NCBI GenBank assembly: GCA_042216015.1
Contig: JBDGUI010000032.1
Span: 51,753-72,938 of the forward strand
Direction: 5' to 3'
Origin: Halodesulfurarchaeum sp.
Lineage (GTDB): Archaea > Halobacteriota > Halobacteria > Halobacteriales > Halobacteriaceae
DNA: 21,186 nt
A model generated the notes under the pieces. The model was given only the letters and a program-made list of their open reading frames with translations, ran no database searches and had not been told where the DNA came from. Both the position numbers and the translations under genes were made by a program. Numbering within the stretch: the stretch's first letter is position 1; each line of letters starts with the position of its first letter. Positions 9,181 to 17,400 of the stretch are shown here, in pieces.

Positions 9181-9519
9181 GTGTTGTTGGTCATCGCCTA
9201 CTCGTCGGCCGCCCGCCAGCAGCTCCGGAACACGGAGCGGGCCTACCCCGAGGCGTTCCGCCGTCGATTCGGGCGGGTGGGACTGCTGGTGGAGACGGAA
9301 CTGGGTGCCTTTCTTGCCCTGCGGCTCCGGGAGCAGCACGGTGCCGACGTGCAACTCGCCCGCACGGAACCGCTCAACGAGTTTCGGGACGTGCCCCCGG
9401 CTGTTCGGGAGGCAGCGGTCGCCTACGCCAATCGGGAGTCCCCTTCGACCCCCTACGAGAAATTCGCCGCTGGGACGCCTCACCCGGGAATCGAGGCGCT
9501 CCGGGATCGGGATCTATGA
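9181..9519 (+). CDS. Conserved hypothetical protein (DUF7855-like, from recall), possible ferredoxin/Cas2-like fold
   Basis: 112 aa, GTG start, T-run ~28 nt upstream, ATGA overlap with the next gene. Confidence 0.8.
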   Translation: MLLVIAYSSAARQQLRNTERAYPEAFRRRFGRVGLLVETELGAFLALRLREQHGADVQLARTEPLNEFRDVPPAVREAAVAYANRESPSTPYEKFAAGTPHPGIEALRDRDL

Positions 9520-10343
9520 GGGTTCGACTCGGCGAGACCACGCTGGTCGGCCAGGCACTCGACCTCCGCGGCCACGGCGTGGGGGCAACACGACTGGCTG
9601 CGGCGGTCCGGGACCCCGACTCCGACCTGCTAATCGGTCCCCCGCCGAATCCGATCCACACCCACCTCGGCCTCATCAGTCCGGGGATGCAGTTCGATTG
9701 CGGCGGCGCCCTTCTCGAGGCCGGTCGCTCGATCGGCCTCGAATCCCCACAGGCTGCAGAAATCGCCCGACTGGACCGGGAAATCGCGGCCATCGATCCC
9801 GTGACGCCGGATCTCCGGGCCGCCCGACAGCGGGCTGCCGAGGCCGGGGCCGACGTCGCGGCCCTGCGGGAGGCGGTGGCCAGAACGGGTGGTCGGTTGA
9901 ACGCCCGGCGGGACGCCGGGCTCCGGATCGCCGAGGTGAAACAGGAACTCGCCGCACGCACCCGCGAACTCACGGAGGCCGAGACGGAGGCGATCGCGGC
10001 CGACGAGGCCCTGTCCCGGGCAGAAGAGCGAGCCGAGGCGGCCCGTGACGAACGGGCGAGACGCCTCTCGCTCGTCGATCGGCGCGAAAACCGCCGGCGG
10101 GAGGCACGGCAGTGGGTTCGGGAGGCCCTCGGCACCGCGTTCGAACGCGCAGTGGGGAGCCTGCCGGTCACGACCGATCCGGCCGAACCGCGAGAGTTTC
10201 CCGGCCGCTCCCACGAGGCCGCGCTGGCAATCGCCCGAATCGCCGACTTCTCCGCGCCGGTGGTGCTCCTCGATGGCCCGTTCGAGACGGCGGTCGAGGC
10301 CCGGGCCGGGCTGGACGGCCCGGTCGTCCTGGCAAGCGTTTAA
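9516..10343 (+). CDS. Coiled-coil hypothetical protein (DUF7856-like, from recall), possibly a degenerate SMC/ABC-like protein
   Basis: 275 aa with a central A/E/R-rich coiled coil and globular ends. C-terminal ALAIARIADFSAPVVLLDGPF. Confidence 0.8.
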   Translation: MRVRLGETTLVGQALDLRGHGVGATRLAAAVRDPDSDLLIGPPPNPIHTHLGLISPGMQFDCGGALLEAGRSIGLESPQAAEIARLDREIAAIDPVTPDLRAARQRAAEAGADVAALREAVARTGGRLNARRDAGLRIAEVKQELAARTRELTEAETEAIAADEALSRAEERAEAARDERARRLSLVDRRENRRREARQWVREALGTAFERAVGSLPVTTDPAEPREFPGRSHEAALAIARIADFSAPVVLLDGPFETAVEARAGLDGPVVLASV

Positions 10344-10345
10344 AT
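10339..10345 (+). promoter_or_regulatory. TATA box overlapping the upstream stop codon, likely for the 10370 gene and minD
   Basis: TTTAAAT 25-31 nt upstream of the ATG at 10370. Confidence 0.55.
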
Positions 10346-10369
10346 CCGGGGATGGGACCAGGGACGGCC

Positions 10370-10837
10370 ATGGACTGTACCGTTTCGACGGTCGCGCTCG
10401 ACGGGGTGACGCTCGTCTCGGCGATCGTTGAAAATCCGCACGAGGAGGCCGCCCGATACCGTCTCGAGAACGAACTCGATGGGCCGATCTGGCCGCCGCG
10501 GCGTCGGGGGATACCGGAACGGGGCTGGGACGAGTCGGGGTACGAAAGCGTGCTCGGCGTGGGCGAGCGCGAATCGATCGGCTATGCCGTTCCGGCCCCG
10601 CCCGCCGATCCTGTCGCGCGGATCGCCTGGACCGAACCGGCTGACCCGCTCGATGGACTGGGGGACCGCAATTCCGCGACTGGCCGGGAAGCGACGTCGA
10701 TCCCATCGATCGACCCGGCGGGGGACGTCGCCGGCTCGGCTCTCCGATCCTTTGGGGACCCCCGCCCGCCCCGGAGCGTCCTCACGCCGCCAGGATTTGG
10801 TTTCGCGACGGATCGGTCGACCGGTGAGTGGCCGTGA
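10370..10837 (+). CDS. Conserved hypothetical beta-rich protein (DUF7857-like, from recall)
   Basis: 155 aa with GVTLV...LDGPIWPPRRRGIPERGW...IGYA, a low-complexity linker, and C-terminal GDPRPPR. GTGA overlap with minD. Confidence 0.78.
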   Translation: MDCTVSTVALDGVTLVSAIVENPHEEAARYRLENELDGPIWPPRRRGIPERGWDESGYESVLGVGERESIGYAVPAPPADPVARIAWTEPADPLDGLGDRNSATGREATSIPSIDPAGDVAGSALRSFGDPRPPRSVLTPPGFGFATDRSTGEWP

Positions 10838-11517
10838 TCCTCACCGTCTGCGGCGGCAAGGGAGGCGTCGGAAAGAGCACGCTCTCGCTCAACCTCGGGG
10901 CGGCTCTCGATGCGGTCGTGGTCGACGCCGACTTCGGCATGGCCGACTTGCCCACGGACGGCGGTCCGACCCTTCACGATGTGCTCGCAGGACGGGTTGA
11001 TCCCCTCGAGGCGGTCCGGACGGAGTGGGCCGTGGGCGTGTTGCCGGCTGGTCGATCCCTCGCCGGCGCGCGGTCGGTCCGACCGGCCGAGCTGGTCTCG
11101 GTGCTCGAGACACTCGCGGACACCTACGAGTACGTCGTCGTCGATGCCCCGGCCGGTTTCGACGCCGACGCGGCCCTCCCGATCGTCGCGGCGGACTGCT
11201 GTGTGCTCGTGACGACGCCCGACCCGGCGACGCTGGCCGACGCGATGCGGACCCGGTCGCTGGCCAGAGAACTCGGGACCGACCTCGGGGCCGTGGTGCT
11301 GAATCGAGCCACAGCGCCCCGCGATTCGATCACCGAGACCCTCGGCGGGCCGCAGTTTGCGATTCCGGAGCGCGCCGATATCCACGCCGCCCAGCGATCC
11401 GGGTTGCCGGTCTCGCTCACCGACGCCCTGCCGGCGGCTCGGGAGCCCTTCGACACGGTGGCTTCCCACGTGAGAACGCTGGCCAGGGACCGGGGGACGA
11501 ACCCGCAGGGGACGTAA
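10834..11517 (+). CDS. MinD/ParA family ATPase
   Basis: Deviant Walker A GGKGGVGKS, DADFGMADL, TLHDVLAG, VVVDAPAG and VVLNR motifs. GTG at 10834 follows an SD-like GGTGA; alternative start at 10828. Confidence 0.92.
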   Translation: MILTVCGGKGGVGKSTLSLNLGAALDAVVVDADFGMADLPTDGGPTLHDVLAGRVDPLEAVRTEWAVGVLPAGRSLAGARSVRPAELVSVLETLADTYEYVVVDAPAGFDADAALPIVAADCCVLVTTPDPATLADAMRTRSLARELGTDLGAVVLNRATAPRDSITETLGGPQFAIPERADIHAAQRSGLPVSLTDALPAAREPFDTVASHVRTLARDRGTNPQGT

Positions 11518-11522
11518 TCGAC

Positions 11523-12383
11523 TCAGTCGAGAAGCACGCGAACGGCCGATCGGAGCGTGACGGGCGTGATGTCGGCCAGCGCGGCGGCCTCGGCCTGTGT
11601 CGGGCCGCCGGCCTCGACGTCGGTGGCCGCATAGAGGGCCGCCGCGGCGACGCCGCTCGGATTCCGGCCCCCGACGTCGACCGGGTCGGTCGCGTCGAGG
11701 AGCGACCGAGCGGCCGCCTCGACGGCAGGGGAGAGCCCGAGTTCCGTGGCGAAGCGGGGGAGATACGAGGCGGGCTCGATCGGGCCGGTCCGGAGGCCGA
11801 GGTCGCGGTTCATCGCGTCGTAGGCCGCCCGGAACTCGTCGTCGTTGGCCTTCGCTATCTCGGTGATCTCCCGGGTCGTTCGGGCCAGTCCGTTCGTGCG
11901 ACAGACCGCATAGACCGCCGCAGCGGCAAACCCCTCGAGCGAACGGCCGGCCAGGAGATCCGCGCTCTGGGCCGACTCGAAGAGCACACATGCCTGATCG
12001 CGGATGTCCTTCGGCAGGGAGAGGTGGGCGGTGACCCGCCGGATCTCGGTGAAGCCGTAGATCTGGTTGCGTTCGGCCGTCGAACTGACGCGGGCCCGAT
12101 CGTGTTGGGTTCGCATTCGGCTGAGTCGGCGACGCTTCCGTCCGGACAGCCGGTTCGAATGTCCGATTTCGGTCGAGAGTCCCCGGTCGTGGCGGGAGCG
12201 GGACAGCGGGGCGCCGGTCCGGCGCCGGTCGGGCCCGTCCTCGAATGGACGCCATTCCGGTCCCCGATCGAGGCGGTCCTCCTCGACGACCAGCCCACAC
12301 TCCCCACAGATGGTCTCTATGCCTTCCACGCGCAGTGCCCCCGCACATTCCGGACAGGTTCGGGTCGCTTCGGTGACGCTCAT
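11523..12383 (-). CDS. tfb: Transcription initiation factor IIB (TFB paralogue)
   Basis: Zn ribbon CPEC...CGEC, GPEWRPF B-reader, two cyclin repeats (GRSLEG, GRNPSG) and C-terminal HTH TQAEAA...TPVTLR. Confidence 0.96.
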   Translation of the reverse strand: MSVTEATRTCPECAGALRVEGIETICGECGLVVEEDRLDRGPEWRPFEDGPDRRRTGAPLSRSRHDRGLSTEIGHSNRLSGRKRRRLSRMRTQHDRARVSSTAERNQIYGFTEIRRVTAHLSLPKDIRDQACVLFESAQSADLLAGRSLEGFAAAAVYAVCRTNGLARTTREITEIAKANDDEFRAAYDAMNRDLGLRTGPIEPASYLPRFATELGLSPAVEAAARSLLDATDPVDVGGRNPSGVAAAALYAATDVEAGGPTQAEAAALADITPVTLRSAVRVLLD

Positions 12384-12410
12384 CACATCTGAAAATTGAC
12401 TCCGATCGGG

Positions 12411-12417
12411 TATTTAA
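12411..12417 (-). promoter_or_regulatory. TATA box for tfb
   Basis: TTAAATA on the minus strand, ~30 nt upstream of the ATG at 12383. Confidence 0.55.
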
Positions 12418-12458
12418 GGTGGCACCGAATCGGGGGTCAAACCCGCCGAGGGCGCGAC

Positions 12459-12474
12459 GTAACCGACCGGTTAC
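12459..12474. promoter_or_regulatory. Perfect inverted repeat between divergent promoters (candidate operator)
   Basis: GTAACCG-AC-CGGTTAC. Confidence 0.4.
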
Positions 12475-12553
12475 CGGTAGGTTTCCCGACACACCTCTCA
12501 ACAATCCAACCGTCCGGCGAAGGTTTTTGTTCGGGGCCATCCGAGAGTCGAAC

Positions 12554-13069
12554 ATGTCGCTTTCGGATATCGCCGAGGGAGTCGCCACGACTCGGTCCCA
12601 GCGCGACCGCGGGGTCGCCGTGGTGGACCGGACGGAGACCCCCCTGTCGGCCGTCCTGGACGAGCACGCCGAGGCCCTCCCGTGCGACGTGGAGACGGCG
12701 ACCACACTCCTCGAGGCCTACCGGGGCGGGGCGAGCGTCGGCGACGCGGCCACGCGCGGCGGTGTCCCACCGACGACGGCCGCGAAGACCCTCCATCTTC
12801 TGGGATTCGAGGGACTCTCGCCGCTGTCGCCGCTCCAGCGGGACATCTGCCGGGACTGGCTGGCGGGGGACCTCTCTCGAACCGACGCCAGGGAACTCGT
12901 GAACGTGGGAGAGCGCGAGTTCGCGCTGGGAGCCTACGTCGAAACCCACGACCCGCTTTCAGGGGTGGGGGAGGCAATCGAGGACGCCCTCTCCTCGAGC
13001 GGGGACGCGATGGTCGAGAAGCGGGAGGCCCTCGCCGAGACGATGACGCAGGCGAGTGACTTCCTCTAG
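12554..13069 (+). CDS. Conserved hypothetical protein with two HTH-like repeats (DUF7858-like, from recall)
   Basis: 171 aa with YRGGASVGDAATRGGVPPTTAAKTLHLLG and LAGDLSRTDARELVNVGEREF. TTTTTGT ~27 nt upstream. Confidence 0.8.
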   Translation: MSLSDIAEGVATTRSQRDRGVAVVDRTETPLSAVLDEHAEALPCDVETATTLLEAYRGGASVGDAATRGGVPPTTAAKTLHLLGFEGLSPLSPLQRDICRDWLAGDLSRTDARELVNVGEREFALGAYVETHDPLSGVGEAIEDALSSSGDAMVEKREALAETMTQASDFL

Positions 13070-13818
13070 ACGCCCAGCCGATCGCCCAGTTCACCCAGTC
13101 GGTCGAGCGGCCCGCTGGGTTCTGCCATCTCGACAGAGACGCCGAGTAGCGCGGTCGTCGCCTGACTCACGGCGCGCGCGAAGGCCCCGCCCGGAGCGAG
13201 CGTGGCTGGGCGGTGGGATGGTGCGCCCGATGGCCGCTCCGGAATGTGCGCGGTCGCATCGGGTGGGGGCTCGCCCGGACCGACGGTGAGCACCGCGTCG
13301 AACGAGCCGCCCACGTCCGCAATCCGGCCCCGCTCCCGCTGGAGCGCGTCCACGCCGCGATCGCTCGGCGGGAGGACGGCGACGACCTGGTCCACGGACG
13401 TGACGGCCCCGATCGCCTGGTTCGAGACGACCGGGGGCACGTCAACGAGCACCCAGTCGGCCCGTTCGGCAGCCTCCGCGAGTCGCGCTCCGACCCGTTC
13501 GCCAGCCGCAGCTGACTTTGCCGCGGCGATGTCGACGAAGGGCGCCCTTGACGGGACCAGTTCGAGCCGACCGCTCCCGTCCATGTCCCACTCCCGGATC
13601 GCCGCCTCGAGTTCCCGGTCTGAGTCTGCCACCAGTCCCGTCGAATCGACGCCGACGGCTCCCTCGACGTGCTGAGCGAGCCCCTGGGTGGCGAAATCCA
13701 GATCGAAGACGAGGACGCGATCCCCGCCTCGAGCGAGGACGCCACCGATCTCGAGGATCGACTGGGTGGTTCCCGCGCCGCCAACGGTGCCGACGAATCC
13801 GACACTCGTGCCTGCCAT
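13066..13818 (-). CDS. ParA/MinD family protein with degenerate Walker A
   Basis: GTVGGAGTT P-loop, RVLVFDLDFATQGL and WVLVDVPP motifs. Confidence 0.88.
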   Translation of the reverse strand: MAGTSVGFVGTVGGAGTTQSILEIGGVLARGGDRVLVFDLDFATQGLAQHVEGAVGVDSTGLVADSDRELEAAIREWDMDGSGRLELVPSRAPFVDIAAAKSAAAGERVGARLAEAAERADWVLVDVPPVVSNQAIGAVTSVDQVVAVLPPSDRGVDALQRERGRIADVGGSFDAVLTVGPGEPPPDATAHIPERPSGAPSHRPATLAPGGAFARAVSQATTALLGVSVEMAEPSGPLDRLGELGDRLGV

Positions 13819-13857
13819 GACTCGGCGATTGCGGCGGGGTGGGAAAAACCCCCCTTC

Positions 13858-14283
13858 TCAGAGCCGCTCGGCGATCGCCTCGGCGATGGCTTCGGGTTCC
13901 TCCCCGCCCTCCCCGGACTGCCTGGGCAATACGGCGTGGATGGGTCCACCACCGTCGCCCCGATTGCGAGGGATGATATGCCCGTGGACGTGGGGCACTT
14001 CCTGGCCGGCCGCTCGACCGTTGTTGAACCCGATCGTCGTGGCGTCGGCGTCCACTGCGTCCTCGACGGCAGGGGCGAGTCGCCTGAGCATGTCCATGAC
14101 CGCGCCGGCGGTCTCCCCGTCGAGGGCTCCGAGCCGCTCTGCGTGCGTGTGTGGAATCACGAGCGTGTGCCCCGGGGAAAGCGGCCGCGCGTCGAGGAAG
14201 GCCATCGCCCGCTCCGTCTCGACGATCGTCGCTGCCGGGGCGTCCCCGGCGGCGATCCGACAGAAGATGCAGTCTGTGGGCAT
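13858..14283 (-). CDS. HIT family nucleotide hydrolase
   Basis: CIFCRI, GHTLVIP and AGQEVPHVHGHIIPR histidine triad. Confidence 0.95.
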   Translation of the reverse strand: MPTDCIFCRIAAGDAPAATIVETERAMAFLDARPLSPGHTLVIPHTHAERLGALDGETAGAVMDMLRRLAPAVEDAVDADATTIGFNNGRAAGQEVPHVHGHIIPRNRGDGGGPIHAVLPRQSGEGGEEPEAIAEAIAERL

Positions 14284-14410
14284 GGTCTGAGATTCGAACG
14301 ACGACACTTCAATCGGGCGGTGGACCGCGAGTGGCGGCCTTGGGTGAGCGCCTCCGTTCCCCGGCGAGCGGACCGATTATCATTTCACCCGGGAGCGATT
14401 GGCTCACCGT

Positions 14411-17400
14411 ATGACTCACTTCGCCGGGGAGGTCCCCGACCAGTACGACCCGCACGCGGTCGAGGAGCGCGTCTTTGCGTACTGGGACGACGTCGACGCC
14501 TACGAAACCACGAAGGAGCATCGAGCGGATGGTGAGGACTTCTTCTTCGTGGACGGCCCGCCCTACACCTCGGGGGCCGCCCACATGGGCACCACCTGGA
14601 ACAAGACGCTGAAGGACGCCCACATCCGCTTCCGTCGGATGCAGGGCTACAACGTGACCGACCGGCCGGGCTATGACATGCACGGCCTGCCGATCGAGAC
14701 CAAGGTCGAGGAGAAGCTGGGTTTCGAAAACAAGCAGGACATCGAAGAATTCGGCGAGCAGCGGTTCATCGAGGAGTGCAAGGCCTTCGCCGAGGAACAA
14801 CTCGAGGGGCTCCAGTCGGACTTCCAGTCCTTTGGGGTCTGGATGGACTGGGAAAACCCCTATAAGACGGTCGATCCGGAGTACATGGAAGCTGCCTGGT
14901 GGGCCTTCGATCAGGCCCACGATCGCGGCCTCGTCGAGCAGGGCAAGCGATCGATCAACCAGTGTCCCCGGTGTCAGACTGCCATCGCGAACAACGAGGT
15001 CGAGTACGAGGAGGTCACCGACCCCTCGATCTACGTGAGGTTTCCCCTCTCCGATCGGGAGGGTTCGCTCGTCATCTGGACGACCACCCCCTGGACCATT
15101 CCGGCGAACACCTTCGTGGCCGTCGACGAGGAGTTGACCTACGCCGGGGTCGAGGCCGAAAAAGACGGGGAAAGCGAGGTCCTCTACCTCGAAGAATCCC
15201 TCGTCGAGGCGGTCCTCGAGGCCGGTCGGTACACCGACTACGAGATCCTCGAGACGTACGCCGGCGAGGAACTGGTCGGCTGGGCGTACGACCACCCGCT
15301 CCGCGAGGAGGTCCCGGAGGCACCGGACTTCGAGGGCGCAGGAAAGGTCTACACCGCCGACTACGTCGAGGCCGAAGACACCGGGCTCGTCCACTCCGCG
15401 CCCGGGCACGGCGAGGTCGACTTCGAGCGCGGCCAGGAACTCGGACTGGAGATCTTCTGTCCCGTGGGCGAGGACGGCGTCTTCGACGAGCGGGCCGGGA
15501 AGTACGCCGGGGAGTACGTGAAAGACGCGGACGAACGGATCATCGCCGACCTCGAGGCGAACGGTGCGCTGCTCGCTCGCGAGACCGAACAGCACTCCTA
15601 CGGCCACTGCTGGCGGTGTGATACCCCGATCATCCAGATCGTCACCGACCAGTGGTACATCACGATCACCGACGTCAAACAGGACCTCCTCGAGAACATC
15701 GAGGAGACCGAGTGGCACCCCGAGTGGGCCCGCGACAGTCGCTTCCGGGACTTCGTCGAGGAGGCCCCGGACTGGAACGTCTCCCGCCAGCGCTACTGGG
15801 GGATCCCGATCCCGATCTGGATCCCGGAGGACTGGTCCGGCGATATGGACGAGGCGGTCGTGATCGGCACCCGCGAGGAGCTGGCCGACCGGGTCGACCA
15901 GGAAGTCGACCCCGAACAGGTCGACCTCCACAAGGGCACCGTCGACGACCTGACCATCACCGAAGACGGCCGGATCCACCGCCGCGTGCCGGACGTCTTC
16001 GACGTGTGGCTCGACTCATCCGTGGCCTCCTGGGGCACGCTTGGCTATCCGGGGAACACCGAACAGTTCGAGGAACTCTGGCCGGCGGATTTGATCATGG
16101 AGGCCCACGACCAGACCCGGGGCTGGTTCTGGTCACAGCTGGGCATGGGAACGGCCGCACTCGGGGACGTTCCCTACAGGGAGGTGTTGATGCACGGCTT
16201 TGCCCTGATGCCGGACGGTCGCGGGATGTCCAAGTCCAAGAACATCACCGTCGAACCCGGCGAAGTCATGGCCGAGTACGGGGCCGATCCGATGCGGCTG
16301 TTCCTCCTCTCGGTGACTCCCCAGGGCGAGGACATGCGCTTCTCCTGGGAGGCGACCGAGACGATGCAGCGGGACCTCAACATCCTCTGGAACGCATTCC
16401 GGTTCCCGCTTCCCTACATGGAGATGGACGGCATCGATCCCCTCGCCCTCGACGTGCGCGAGGAACCCCTCGAACGGATCGATCGTTGGCTCCTCTCCCG
16501 CCTCCAGGCCGTCGAGGAGACGGCCGCCGAGGGGTGGGCGGACTTCGAGCAACACCGGGCCCTCGAGGCGATCATCGACTTCGTCGTCGAGGACGTCTCG
16601 CGGTACTACATCCAGATCGTCCGCGAGCGGATGTGGGACCCCGAGGAGAGCGGGTCGAAGCGAGCCGCCTACGCCACGCTGACCCACGTGCTCAGGGAGG
16701 TCATCGCCCTGCTGGCCCCCTACGCGCCGTTCATCACCGAAGAACTCTACCAGCGGCTAACCGGCGATGGCGGGCGCACGTCGGTGCACATGCTCGACTG
16801 GCCGGAGGCGGATTCGGACCTCCGGAAGGAGTCCCTCGAATCGGCAATCGAGCACGTCCGCGCCATCGAGGAGGCCGGCTCCCGGGCCCGGCAGGACGCA
16901 GGTCGAAAGCTCCGCTGGCCGGTCACCAGGGTCGTGGTCGACGCCCAGGACGAGGCGGTCGTCGAGACGCTCTCGGACCACGACGACCTGCTCGCCGACC
17001 GACTCAATGCCCGCACCGTCGAGGTCGTCGAGCCCGGGACGGACTGGGACGAACTCGCCTACACCGCGACCGCGGACATGAGCGAACTGGGCCCCGCATT
17101 CGGGGACCAGGCCCACGCCGTGATGGAGGCACTGAACGCCGCCCGCGTCGACGAGCCCGACCTCGAGTCCCTCGAGGCTGCAGTGGCCGAGGAACTCGGC
17201 GAGTCGGTTTCGCTCGCCGAGTCGATGGTCACCTTCACGGCCGTTCCACCGGAACCGGTGGCTGGAACGGACTTCGACGGTGGGCGGGTCTACGTCGACG
17301 CCACGCTCACCCGCGACGTCGAGAGCGAGGGCTACGCCCGGGAGATCATCCGCCGTGCCCAAAAGATGCGAAAGGACCTCGATCTGGCGATGGACGCCGA

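Noticed and set aside
11523..11600. TFB C-terminus VTLRSAV differs from the usual VTIRNRY
   Set aside because: The Gln, Val and Arg positions associated with BRE contact appear retained, so this is within paralogue variation.
10582..12705. Long alternative-frame ORFs (707 aa here; also 14309-15979, 15652-17478, 17749-19416)
   Set aside because: They are R/G/P-rich or antisense shadows of well-supported genes, as expected in high-GC DNA.
16219..16240. IleRS KMSKS motif reads GMSKS
   Set aside because: The catalytic second Lys is retained, and I recall first-position variants being common in haloarchaeal IleRS.
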